Assembly (NCBI GenBank): GCA_002189035.1
Contig: NEEC01000002.1
Location: 1,488,001 to 1,552,000 of the forward strand
Direction: 5' to 3'
Origin: Utricularia gibba
Taxonomy: Eukaryota > Plantae > Magnoliophyta
Length of the DNA: 64,000 bases
This document shows, piece after piece, positions 1 through 12,024 of the stretch. Each line of letters starts with the position of its first letter. The stretch's first letter is position 1. The translations under genes and the position numbers were made by a program. Under the pieces are notes generated by a model. That model ran no database searches and was not told where the DNA came from. It worked only from the letters and a program-made list of their open reading frames with translations.

Positions 1-486
1 GAACTTGAAGATAAAACTGCCATTGTGTTTGTCAACACGAAAAAGGTTGCTGACAATGTTACTAAAAATTTGGACAAGGAGGGCTACAGAGTGACTACAC
101 TGCATGGTGGAAAGTCTCAAGATCAGAGAGAAATAAACCTGGAAGGCTTCAGAACAAAGAAATATAATGTATTAGTTGCCACAGATGTCGCGGGACGTGG
201 CATAGACATCCCAGATGTTGCACATGTCATCAACTACGATATGCCTGGTAATATCGAGGCTTACACTCACCGCATTGGAAGAACAGGCCGTGCTGGGAAG
301 AGTGGATTGGCCACCACATTCTTGACACTCCATGACACGGAAGTTTTCTATGATCTAAAGCAAATGCTGATTCAGAGCAACAGTCCTGTCCCTCCTGAAC
401 TTTCCAGACATGAAGCTTCCAAGTTCAAGCCTGGCACGATCCCCGACAGGCCGCCACGGCGAAATGACACAGTATATGCTCATTGA
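1..486 (+). CDS. PRP28: DEAD-box RNA helicase, PRP28/DDX23 (plant RH21) type; C-terminal part, truncated by the window edge
   Basis: Open from base 1 ([15 protein letters not shown]). Helicase-C motifs [26 protein letters not shown] and [13 protein letters not shown], followed by the PRP28-like tail [20 protein letters not shown]. Confidence 0.9.
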   Translation, partial: ELEDKTAIVFVNTKKVADNVTKNLDKEGYRVTTLHGGKSQDQREINLEGFRTKKYNVLVATDVAGRGIDIPDVAHVINYDMPGNIEAYTHRIGRTGRAGKSGLATTFLTLHDTEVFYDLKQMLIQSNSPVPPELSRHEASKFKPGTIPDRPPRRNDTVYAH

Positions 487-677
487 TGATGTCACGGATT
501 TTTCTCATGGAAGAAACCACCCTGAAATCCTGATATTCAACATTCTTGTCTGTTTGACAACATCTTTGTGCTTTTTGCTGTCTTGTTTATGAAACTGTTT
601 TAGATCTGAAGGAAGGCACTGAGAATGCAACTTTTGGATTTGAGTAACTGTCAAAAAAGTGCATGAAATGCATGCAA

Positions 678-2139
678 CTACCCAGACCAGTCCACTATGG
701 AAAGTGTTGCGTTGGAGTAAGTTCTCTTAAAGCTCAACAAATCAGAACAAAAATGATGCCTCGTCGCTGTGTTAAATTTTTCTTCATCAAGTGAAACTCT
801 AACTTTTTCCAGATTTGGAGAACGCAGGACTACGAACTTGATGAACTTCGCCTCATTCGGCACATCATTTACGTCAAGGAAGTCCATCTCCTTCAACTGA
901 GCAAAAATTATGGTGTTGTCATCCCAAACTTGCAAAGGGGCTTCGTTTTCTGGGTCTACCTGGGCATCGACATCGGCGCACTGCAAGAGAATGATAAAGT
1001 TGCTGTAACTGCAGAAAGGAAACCCACCATAACACAAAGAGTATGTATGCATATCTGTACTCTGATTTTTAGATATCTCAAATTTGGAGAATTCCTCAAC
1101 ATTTCGCACAAACCCAGAACTTGTTCAGCCACATCAAATTCAACTCCATACACCTGCATGTGCCATAAATGTTGATTCGCTACTGGATCAAGAGTGTGGT
1201 TTCTAGAGCAGTGGAGGCCATGAATGCCTCTACAGAGGTGCTGAAAAGAGGCGGTCATTGTGTCACATGCAATGTATTGTATGCTACAACAGAAGGGAAA
1301 CAAGTAATATGGTTTAGCAGAAAATTTGGCACTACCTGGAAGAATACACCTCCCAGAATAAGTCTCTCAAGCTTAGGGATGCTCTCAAAAAATGCATGAT
1401 AATTGCACTTTGAGCAGTTTGCATTGGGAATGTTGAAATCACCAGTATCAACTAGTATATTAGTCAAAGAGGGAGTCTTCTCCAAGCATATACTGCTAAA
1501 GTGACCTTCTACATTCAGGCATAAAAGGTTTTGTCCACGCACCTTCAAGTTCAGCGGATCATCATGAATCCCATAAACATCGAAGAACCTTGACAACTCG
1601 AGAGTTTCAAGAAAAGGGCAGCCTGAAAGAAGCCTCTCAAGATCTTTTTCGAAAAATAGAGCTTGTCTAAGCGCGAGGTATTTCAGGTGCAAAAATCCAT
1701 CGAAATTTGCAGAAACCTGCAAAGTACATCTAGCAAACTCCAGGTGTCTCAGATTACTGCAAGACAAGGTCTCGAGTGATATGTCGAACCAGTCAGCACC
1801 CCCTAGTTTAACAACCAACTCCCGAACATCTTTTGTTGAAGCTATGTAAACCCAAAGGCTAGCCAACGAAAAGAACTCCAAGTCCGAGCTTGAGAGCGAG
1901 AACTTGTGAAGAGAACCTTTATGATGCAGCAAAACGTAGGTTATGAAGTCGGCTGCGCGATTAGGTCCCAGGCGAGCCAAGCTGCGACGATCATATACAA
2001 GACGAGGAATAGACCTCCATCTATACCTCCAACCAGTTGACAAGACGCATGTCCTGATGGCATCACGAATTGGCATCTTCGACAAGATGATATCAGTGAT
2101 GTCTGACGGCAGGTCGCTTATCCGATCAAGGTTCCTCAT
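678..2139 (-). CDS. F-box/LRR/FBD protein, copy 1 (exons 2139-1336, 1240-1061, 980-678; 428 aa)
   Basis: F-box DRISDLPSDITDIILSKMPIRDAIRTCVLSTGWRYRW, LRR LERLLSGCPFLETL, FBD FIKFVVLRSPNLEKV. Phase-0 GT-AG introns give an intact frame. Confidence 0.88.
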
Positions 2140-2567
2140 GTTGGACCTTCAAATCACTTGCGGCTGCACTTTCTGGACTTTTTTCAGAAAACTCCTAACA
2201 TACACGGTTTCCAATCCGCATGGTCGTGGACACTAGATCACGGATAGCAGGAAAACGTTCAAGAAAGTCAGATTTCAACGTGCAACAGAAGAGAAGGGCA
2301 TTGCCAACTTTCAAGAAGATCACCAATAGCAGGAAAACTTTCAAGAAGTTCACCTAATGTCCATCCATGCATTGGGATTTTCTTGAGTGGAAATACAGAG
2401 CCAGTTGAACAGAGAATCCCGACGAAGCAAAACAGAAAACCCCACTCAACCCAGGAAGAAGTAAACTAAACGAACGGAGAAGAAGAGAAAGGCTGTAACC
2501 AACTTCTTCGACTTCAGTCTACTCATCGATAAAACTGTAATGTGTCTTTATGCATTAATATAAAATG

Positions 2568-2605
2568 TGTCACGCAGGCGACCGGAGTTCGACCCCCGGC
2601 AACGG
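2568..2605 (+). pseudogene. tRNA-Asp(GTC) 3'-half relic
   Basis: TGTCACGCAGGCGACCGGAGTTCGACCCCCGGCAACGG matches the tRNA at 6930 from the anticodon loop onward. The 5' acceptor strand and D-arm are absent. Confidence 0.85.
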
Positions 2606-2735
2606 ATAAATGTTTTTGCTTTCCTCCGTCGTGGGGTCAAACGTATCTCATCAGCCCAGTAACTGAAGGAAGGCACTGAGAATGCAGCTTTCTGGATTTG
2701 AGTAACTGTCAAAAAAGTACATGAAATGCATGCAA

Positions 2736-4185
2736 CTAGTAAGGCGAATCCACTATGGAAAGTGATGCGTTGGAGTAAGCTCTATTAAAGCTCAACAAAT
2801 CAAAACAATAACGATGCCTCCTCGTTGTGGTAAATTTTTCGTCATCAAGTGAAACTCTAACTTTTTCCAGATTTGGAGAACGCAGGGCTACGAACTTGAT
2901 GAACTTGGCCTCATTCGGCACATCATTTACGTCATGGAAGTCCATCTCCTTCAACTGAGCAAAAGTCATGGTGTTGTCATCCCAAACTTGCAAAGGAGCT
3001 TCGTTTTCTGGGACTGGGTGGGCATCGACATCGGCGCACTGCAAGAGAATGATAAAGTTGCAGTAACTGCAGAAAGGATACCAAACCATAACATAACTCA
3101 CTCTGATTTTTAGATATCTCAAATTTGGAGAATTCCTCAATATTTCGCACACACCCAGAACTTGTTCAGCCACACCAAATTCAACTCCATACACCTCCAT
3201 GTAGGATAAATGTTGATTCGCTAATGGATCAAGAGTATGGTTTCTAGAGCAGTTGAGGCTATGCATGCCTCTACATAGGTACTGAAAAGAGGCGGCCATT
3301 GTGTCACATGCAATATATTGTATGCTACAACAGAAGCGAAACAAGGAAAGTAATATGGTTTAGCAGAAAATTTGGCACTACCTGGAAGAATACACCTCCC
3401 AGAATAAGTCTCTCAAGCTTAGGGATGCTCTCAAAAAATGCATGATAATTGCACTTTGAGCAGTTTGCATTGGGAATGTTGAAATCACCAGTATCAACTA
3501 GTATATTAGTCAAAGAGGGAGTCTTCTCCAAGCATATACTGCTAAAGTGACCTTCTACATTCAGGCATAAAAGGTTTTGTCCACGCACCTTCAAGTTCAG
3601 CGGATCATCATGAATCCCATAAACATCGAAGAACCTTGACAACTCGAGAGTTTCAAGAAAAGGGCAGCCTGAAAGAAGCCTCTCAAGATCTTTTTCGAAA
3701 AATAGAGCTTGTCTAAGCGCGAGGTATTTCAGGTGCAAAAATCCATCGAAATTTGCAGAAACCTGCAAAGTACATCTAGCAAACTCCAGGTGTCTCAGAT
3801 TACTGCAAGACAAGGTCTCGAGTGATATGTCGAACCAGTCAGCACCCCCTAGTTTAACAACCAACTCCCGAACATCTTTTGTTGAAGCTATGTAAACCCA
3901 AAGGCTAGCCAACGAAAAGAACTCCAAGTCCGAGCTTGAGAGCGAGAACTTGTGAAGAGAACCTTTATGATGCAGCAAAACGTAGGTTATGAAGTCGGCT
4001 GCGCGATTTGGTCCCAGGCGAGCCAAGCTGCGACGATCAAATACAAGACGAGGAATAGACCTCCATCTATACCTCCAACCAGTTGACAAGACGCATGTCC
4101 TGATGGCATCACGAATTGGCATCTTCGACAAGATGATATCAGTGATGTCTGACGGCAGGTCGCTTATCCGATCAAGGTTCCTCAT
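2736..4185 (-). CDS. F-box/LRR/FBD protein, copy 2 (exons 4185-3382, 3281-3102, 3038-2736; 428 aa)
   Basis: Same domains and intron positions as copy 1. Acceptor TTTTCAG|TACCTA; intron 2 shortened to 63 nt. Confidence 0.88.
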
Positions 4186-4837
4186 GTTGGACCTTCAAGT
4201 CACTTGCGGCTGCACTTTCTGGACTTTTTTCAGAAAAATCCTGACATACAGAATTTTCAATCCGCATGGTCATGGACACTAGATCACGGATAGCAGGAAA
4301 ACGTTCAAGAAAGTCGGATTTCAAGGTGCAACAGAAGAGAAGGGCATTACCAACTTTCAGGAAGATCACGAGGAGCAGGAAAACGTTCAAGAAGATCACG
4401 AATAGCAGGAAAACGACCAATAGGAGGAAAACTTCGAGAAGTTCACCAATATCCATCCATGTATTGGGATTTTCTTGAGTGGAAATACAGAGCCAGTTCA
4501 ACAGAGAATCTCGACGAAGCAAAACCGATACCCCACTCAACCCAGGAAGAAGTAAACTAAACCAACAGTGAATCAGAGAAAGGCATTACCAACTTTCAAG
4601 AAGATCACCAATTGCAGGAAAACGTTCAAGAAGATCAACAATATCCATCCATGTATTGGGATTTTCTTGGTTGGAATTACAGAGAATCCCGACGAAGCAA
4701 AACAGAAAACCCCACTCAACCCAGGAACAAGTGAACTAAACGAACGGAGAAGAAGAGAAAGGCTGTAACCAACTTCTTCAACTTCAGTCTACTCATCGAT
4801 GAAACGGTAATCTGTCTTTATGTATTAATATTGAATG

Positions 4838-4876
4838 TGTCACGCAGGCGACCGGAGTTCGACCCCGGCAACGGCG
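4838..4876 (+). pseudogene. tRNA-Asp(GTC) 3'-half relic
   Basis: TGTCACGCAGGCGACCGGAGTTCGACCCCGGCAACGGCG, with the same 5' truncation point as the relic at 2568. Confidence 0.85.
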
Positions 4877-4977
4877 AAATGTTTTTGCTTTCCTTCTTCT
4901 TGGGGGCAAACGTATCTCATCAGCCCAGTAACTGAAGGAAGGCAATGAGAATGCAACTTTTTGGATTTGAGTCACTG

Positions 4978-6474
4978 TTAAAAAAAGTACTCAAACGAAT
5001 CCTCTATGGAAATTGATGCCTTGGAGTACGCTATCTGAAAGCTCTGCAAATCAGAACAAAAATGATGCCTCGTCGCTGTAGTAAATTTTTCAGCATCAAG
5101 TGAAACTCTAACTTTTTCCAGATTTGGAGAACGCAGGACTATGAACTTGATGAACTTGGCCTCATTCGGCACATCATTTACGTCAAGGAATTCCATCTCC
5201 TTCAACTGAGCAAAACTCATGGTGTCGTCATCCCAAATTTGCAAAGGAGCTTCGTTTTCTGGGGCTAGCTGGGGATCGACGTCGACGCACTGCAAGAGTA
5301 TGATAAAGTTGCAGTAACTGCAGAAAGGAAACCAAACCATAACATTTCCAGAACACAAAGAGTATGCATATATGTACTCACTCTGATTTTTAGATATCTC
5401 AAATTTCGAGAATTCCTCAACATTTGGCACACACCCAGAACTTGCCCAGCCTCATCAAATTTAACTCCAGACAACTCCATGTAGCATAAATGTTGATTCG
5501 CTACTGCATCAAGAGTATGGTTTCCAGAGCAGTTGAGGCCATGAATGCCTATACACAGGTACTGAAAAGGGGCGGTCATTGTTTCACATGCAATGTGTTA
5601 TATGCTACAACGGAAGGGAAACAAGGAAAGTAATATGGTTTATCAGAAAATTTGGCACTACCTTGATGAAGTGAAATCCCAGAATAAGTCTCTCAAGCTT
5701 AGGGATGCTCTCAAAAAATGCATGATAATTGCACTTTGAGCTGTTTGCATTGGGAATGTTGAAATCGAAAGAAATATTAACTAGTACATCAGTCAAAGAG
5801 GGAGTGTTCGCCAAGCATATACTGTTAAAGAGACCTTCTACACTCAGGCATACAAGGTTTTGTCCATGCACCTTCAAGCCCCGCTCATCATTCTCAAAAA
5901 CCCCATAAACATCTACGAACCTTGAGAACTCGAGACTTTCAAGAAGAGGGCAGCCCGAAAGAAGCCTCTCCACAGCTCTTCCGAAAAATGCAGCTTCTCT
6001 AAGCCGGAGGTATTTCAGGTGCAAAAATCCTTTGAAATTTGCTGAAACATGGAAAGTACATCTAGATAACTCCAGGTGAGTCAGATTATTGCAACACAAG
6101 GTCTCGAGTGATATGTTGAACCACTCAGGACCACCCCCTAGTTTAACAACCAACTCCCGAACATCCTTTCTTGAAGCTAAGTAAATCCAAAGGCTTGCCA
6201 ACCGAAACAAATCCAAGTCCGAGATTGAGAGAAGGAACGTTTGAAGAGAACCTTTATGGCGTAGCAAAACGGAGGTTATGAAACAGGCTGCGCGATTAGT
6301 TTCCATGCGAGAAAAGCTACGATTATCAAATACAAGACGAGGAATAGACGTCCATCTATACCTCCAACTAGTTGACAAGACGCATGTCCTGACGGCATCA
6401 CGAATTGACAATTCCGACAAGATGATATCAGTGATGTCTGACGGCAGGTCACTTATCCGATCAAGGTTCTTCAT
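4978..6474 (-). CDS. F-box/LRR/FBD protein, copy 3 (exons 6474-5662, 5561-5382, 5289-4978; 434 aa)
   Basis: MKNLDRISDLPSDITDIILSELSIRDAVRTCVLSTSWRYRW; same exon structure; the most divergent copy. Confidence 0.88.
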
Positions 6475-6929
6475 GTTAGACCTTCAAATCACTTGCGGCT
6501 GCACTCTCTGGACTTTTCTCAGAAAAATCCTAACATACATGATTTCCAATCCGCATGGTCATGGACACTAGATCACCGATAGCAGGAAAACGTTCAAGAA
6601 AGCCGGATTTCAACGTGAAACAGAAGAGGAGGGCATTACCAACTTTCAAGAAAATCACCAACAGCAGGAAAACTTTGAAGAAGTTCACCAATATCCATCC
6701 ATGTATTGGGATTTTCTTGAGTGGATTTACAGAGCCATTTCAACAGAGAATCTCGACGAATCAAAACCAGAAACCCCGCTCAACCCAGGCAGAAGTGAAC
6801 TAAAAGAACGGAGAAGAAGAGAAAGGCGATAACCAACTTCTTCGACTTCACACTTACCGAAGGTTTGCATGAATAACGGAAATCTGCGTTTTGTATAACA
6901 TGCTATAGGATTGACCATCTTATCAACGA

Positions 6930-7000
6930 GTCGTTGTAGTATAGTGGTAAGTATTCCTGCCTGTCACGCAGGTGCCCGGGTTCGATCCCCGGCAACGGCG
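6930..7000 (+). tRNA. trnD-GUC: tRNA-Asp(GTC), 71 nt
   Basis: GTCGTTGTAGTATAGTGGTAAGTATTCCTGCCTGTCACGCAGGTGCCCGGGTTCGATCCCCGGCAACGGCG. Cloverleaf with anticodon GTC, A and B boxes and a downstream T-run. One base shorter than the canonical plant gene in the variable loop. Confidence 0.9.
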
Positions 7001-7210
7001 AACTGATTTTTGCTTTTCTTCGTCATGGGAATGCATCTCATCAGCCCAGTAGCCGGTTCGTGTTTTGTGTTGCCTAAAAGAGATTACCGAAATCGAATGC
7101 AATTTGCATAATCTCACTGTTCTGAATTCTCGTTTAGGTAGATACTAACAGAAAGCTTTCTTCTTCCACATTGAAAACAAACTGAAACAAAAATATCAGC
7201 ATCACTCTCA

Positions 7211-10200
7211 CTACAGACGAAGAATAGTTCTGAGAGTATCTGACAGGTTTTGAATGGTTTGCTGTTCCTGAGCCGCTTGCATTTCCTGCAGTGGCATCTC
7301 CTCGTAGCACCTGCGAACCAGGTAGATGACAACCATTTTTAGAGGGTGTGAACAGCAACAAGTTGAATGAGGATGCTCACATCTTATGATATGCAAGTGC
7401 CTGAGCAAGGTTCATGAGAGTTGGACTCGACGTGAGCCTCTGGTACATGCTCGGAGGAAGGGGTACCTGCAGCAATAGGCGTTTAGAGAGAGTCTGTGGG
7501 GTGAGAAGAAAATCAGCAAGCAGCCAACTTTGGAGCTAAAGGAACCTCGTTTTGCCGGCTTCTTCCCTTCTTGGGTTGGGGATCTCCCGAGAAAAGCTCT
7601 TGAATTGCTTCTACGGCTACATTGCCCCTGCTGTCCGTCCCCCACCCATCAAACACGTCTTCCGATAGCAGGGCGATGGGAGAGATGTCGGTTGACCGCA
7701 AAAACGGAATGGGCACAGTGTTTCCAGCAGTGTATATGGACCAGAGCTTTAATGAAAACATGGCACTTCACATCACCAAAAGGTAACCAACAACAAGGGC
7801 TAGAGCAAAATTTGAAACAGTAGTTACCTTGTCTAGTGCTTTTCTGCTCACAGTGTCACCAGTAATAGGACTGCTGCTGGCAGCCTGTGCTATATTAGTT
7901 GCATTATTGGGTTCTCGGGTTTGGGATACACCATCAGTTTCCAGGCTGAAGGAACAATCCAACCACGAGTTAGCAGCAAAGTCCGAGTTAAGTTTTTATA
8001 AATTGAGAAGTACGATATTAAGTTTTAGGCAAATACATCGAGTCAGTTGCTCTGTCTCCAGGCAAAACCACCATGGATTTTCCATCATTGCTGGTGATGA
8101 AAGTATTTTCTTTGGATGATGCTTTAACAGTGTAAGTTGCAAAAGCCTCAGCAGGGTTATCATGAAGTATGACAGTGCCAAAATCACCTGGAAAAAAAAT
8201 AAAGAAAAGCAGCTAAGCATAGAGGGATATGAAACATCAGTCAATCTGATGTGGTTGCATAGTATGTGTATAACTAGTCACTACACCAAGGAAACAGAGA
8301 AACAATCATATCAACAAAAGTGAATCATGAAATGTAACTATTTGCAATAAAATAATACGTGTTACTAGCTTCCCATAGGTTATGCATGATGTGACACCAT
8401 GTATGCAAGATTGCAAAACACAGGATATATACAATTGATGCCTTTATCCAGAGAGAAGAGCTAAGAAATATTGCCTTCTGCAATGCGCGTTACATCTGAA
8501 GGGCTCTTCTTCATACTAGCAGCAAGTACCTTGGAGATGGTATGAGCATCCTGAGGTCTAGAAGGAACAGTATGGGTAAGAGCTTCCTCGTTTGAAACTG
8601 TATGCATCATCCCCTGCAAAGCATGACATGAATATCAGAAGCAGAACCGTCGCTCTTCTGCACATATCATTAAAAGGAAAGGTGAAGTATTCAAATGATT
8701 GATAGAAAGCGAAATTACTAAAAAAAAAAAATTCAAAACTTTGTAGCACCGCAATTGCAAAATTAGGATACCCCTTCTATAGGAAGAGTTGCCTTTGATG
8801 CCTCTGCTTGTAATGCCAGAGATGCTTTGATTAATTTTGCCCTTTCAATCTTTGGCAGCATGATGGACGCTCCACCTCTGCATTTCTCAATGAATTTGTG
8901 CTGAATAGTCCAAGATAAAGATATACGTGAGAGCTAAATATTCATAGGAAATACACAGCTGGCACCGTTACACAGCGACTACCTTGAGCATTTCAGAAGC
9001 TGTAGGCCGAAGCCGGGGGTCCTTCGTCAGACATTTGGCCACAAAATCATGGAAAACAAGTGACCTGTTGAAAAAGGTAGTATTTTAGAATAAAAAGCCA
9101 AAAACATTTGTCAGAAGACAGTATAATGAATGCTAAAAACCACCGAAACAAATGTAGCACGAACCATTTTTCTTTATCTTCAAGCATTGGAGCAGGTTCA
9201 ATAGAAATCATAAACAGCACCTGCATGGATTTTTTCAGGGACAATCAATACATTGATCAGGTGTTTAAGTATTGGGTGCTTCAGTTTGATGGATTACTCT
9301 CATTGGATGAACCGTAGCTCTGGGAGGAACTCCCTGGAAAAACATTCAGGCAACCAGCAACTCAATATCATCAAAGATCCACTCAATACCAACGAATCAA
9401 TTTTTTATATCAACCAGATTAAATAAATTTGATGTACCTCAGCCATTTCAATTGCCGACACTCCAAGAGCCCACACATCTACCTGGGTAACGATTCAATA
9501 CAGAACATTCATTTAGAGGAAGCATAATCTTCTTTTCACATAAAGAAGAGAAGCAAGAGACAACCTTTCCATCATAGCGGCTTTCTTGAATAACTTCAGG
9601 GGCCATCCAATGGGGTGTTCCAATGAACTAAAAAGCCATTAAGCGTATACAGTTTCAGTACATACTAGAGAAGAAAAATCTGAGATTGCTAGAAGTGTAA
9701 CGGGAAGCTAAAATCCGTGGTTTTTGATCTCCACCGTTAAAACAAATCCTAACATATGTTATCACACAAATTCATCATGTCATCTTCGGAGATACAAACA
9801 CACTAAGTCGTAGGGTAATACTCAGGCTTACAGTGTTGCGCTTCGACATTGTTCTTGTCAGTTGTGCAGCAACACCAAAATCACCTGAAAGTTTCATTTT
9901 TTTATAGTTTACATTGCAAATTCAATGCTATCACCTGATCAAATCAAATAATGAAGGAAGCTCTTATATTTGAGATGGGTGTATCCATTTTATACTTACC
10001 CAGCTTAACTTCACCTTGTTCACTTAGTAGAATATTACCACCCTTGATATCCCTATGTACCTTGAAAATTGAATGCAGATAGGAAAGGCCCTGAAAAATT
10101 AGATACAACCGTAATGATTAAATAAGCACTTGCTAGTGCAACCAGATAAAAAAGTGTCAATTAAAATACTAGAAGAAATGAAGCCGATTATGCGTGGAAA

Positions 10201-11832
10201 GAAACCTTCAATGCCTCTCTGCAGATATATGCAATTTGATATTCTTCAAGAGGTTCATCAGTAACACTCATCAAGTCAGCAACACTTCCACCGCCACAAT
10301 ACTCCATCACTATCTGCCAAAAATATTGAATAAATAAAAATAAACGCAACAAAGTTTCACACCTTAATATTGAAGACACATTAAAATTATCAAATCAGTA
10401 TTAAGTAAAATTGCAGGCAGAATATGACCAGGGAAACTACAAAGCCAATTGAATTGAAAAAAAACAAAAAACTAAGCAACAAACTTTTAAATGTTAACAT
10501 TGAAGACGCATTAAAATCATCAAATCAGTCTTTAAGTAAAATTGCAGGCACGGTAAGGCCATGGAAACCACAAAGCCAATTGCATTGTAAAATAAAAACG
10601 TTAATATTGTCTTTAATACCCAGAGAAATTCTTCCCCTTGAAAACTTCCGAGATAGCGAACAACATTAGGATGACTACATTGCTGCAACATTTCTATTTC
10701 ACCACGAATCTCTTCATAACCCTCTTCCTGCAAAGGACCCATGAATTGCACTGTAAATAAAAATCGTGCATGGTGAAGGAAGAATGAAATGAGACAGCAG
10801 TAAGGAACTAATACCCCTTCAGACAATGATATTACTTTGATAGCCACCAACTCTGATGTTTTTATATCCCGTGCCTTGTACACTGCTCCATATGAGCCCT
10901 TTCCTATATGCCAAAGTCACCACAGTCAACCAGATCTACTTATAATTTAGGTAACTTCCATAAAACGAGAAACTTTTTCACAGATTTTCATATCAAGATG
11001 TAGTTTTTCAGGGTTCAACCACCTAGGCAACACTTTCTAAATCAGTAACTTGAAAAAAACAAAGCCTGAACATTTTTACCAAGCTCATGGAGCAGCTCAT
11101 ACTTGGAGGAAGGATCTTCTCTAGTTAAAGAATCCGGTATGGAGCTTGAAGATGCTTTACCACTTCCCGGCTGCCTCAATTGTGCGACTCCATCACCACC
11201 GGATCTATCACTTTTGATACTCTCTCCACCAGTTCCACTAGCTCTTCTCATCTTCATCCCTCCCATATCCCCAACTTTCTGCATACTCTCCACAGCTTTC
11301 CTCATCGTCGCACCTCCTCCATCGCCACCTGCTCTTTTCACCATCGTCCCCATTCCTTCACCCTCATCTTCCTCATCATCCTCATCCTCTTCCCCCCTCC
11401 TCACCACAAACGTCGAAAAGTCACCCGCATTCTCCTCCTCGTGTTTCCGAATTCTGGCCCTAGGGCTCCTATTCCCCCAAAACCTCTAGGCTTCGAAGAC
11501 GGAGAAGAAACAACCGCATTCGTCTCCGAGTAATTTGTTCTCCGTCGACCAGTTTTCACGATCATCGTCCCCGATACAGATGCGGGGGAGCTATCCTCAT
11601 CCTCAAAGTCCATGAAGTCATCTCCTCCACCGCCGAAGTCCTTTGGGAGGCGCTTCAACAGAGGAGGGAGCGCCTCATCGTCCTCGACCCCGTCGTCCTT
11701 GAACACCATCGTGGAATAAATGTCAGAGGATGCCATTTCGGCTTCTCTAGGTACCGGATTGTCCTTAATCACGAAGGTGGAATACAAGTCGGAATCCTTC
11801 GACGCCGGCGGCAATCGCGATCGCCAGGACAT
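7211..11832 (-). CDS. SIK1: STE20/MAP4K serine/threonine kinase, SIK1 (MAP4K3)-like; multi-exon, apparent 1-nt frameshift at ~11474-11478
   Basis: N-terminal [15 protein letters not shown] and [11 protein letters not shown]. Kinase pieces [65 protein letters not shown] and [20 protein letters not shown]-terminus [16 protein letters not shown] and [32 protein letters not shown]. Confidence 0.93.
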
Positions 11833-12024
11833 TGGGGAGACTGTCTGTTATTTGAGCTGGCAAACAGGCAGATCCCGCACCACTTTCACCGAAGCCATGA
11901 TGCGATTTCTCAGTGAACGCGTAAAAATGTTTTCTTGGCGGCTGACGGCAGCTTAGTTGGCATCTGATTAGCTTTCAGCATTTATTTATAAAAGCTTTTT
12001 TCTGGATGTTTTTCGATTATAGAG

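Larger units (their letters stand above)
605..7050. repeat. Tandem triplication of a ~2.1-2.3 kb unit (F-box/FBD gene + leader + tRNA-Asp); units ~605-2660, ~2662-4930, ~4931-7050
   Basis: Each unit starts near CTGAAGGAAGGCA(C/A)TGAGAATGCA and ends near CATCTC/TATCTC-ATCAGCCCAGTA. Gene, leader and tRNA-derived sequence align across all three. Confidence 0.93.

Noticed and set aside
1241-1335. Apparent non-canonical or frameshifting acceptor in F-box intron 1 (TGTAG|CATACAA; TAA in copy 3)
   Set aside because: A strong downstream acceptor TTTTCAG in all three copies gives phase 0 and a 180-nt exon 2, so the genes are intact.
4266-4478. Basic protamine-like ORF (MVMDTRSRIAGKRSRK...)
   Set aside because: Translation of the purine-rich 30-bp leader repeat; length and frame are not conserved among units.
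1943-6571. Three repeated plus-strand ~97-aa ORFs (MKSAARLGPRR...)
   Set aside because: Antisense shadows of F-box exon 1, repeated only because the gene is triplicated.
11103-11533. Ser/Pro- and His-rich plus-strand ORFs
   Set aside because: Antisense to the acidic low-complexity SIK1 N-terminus.
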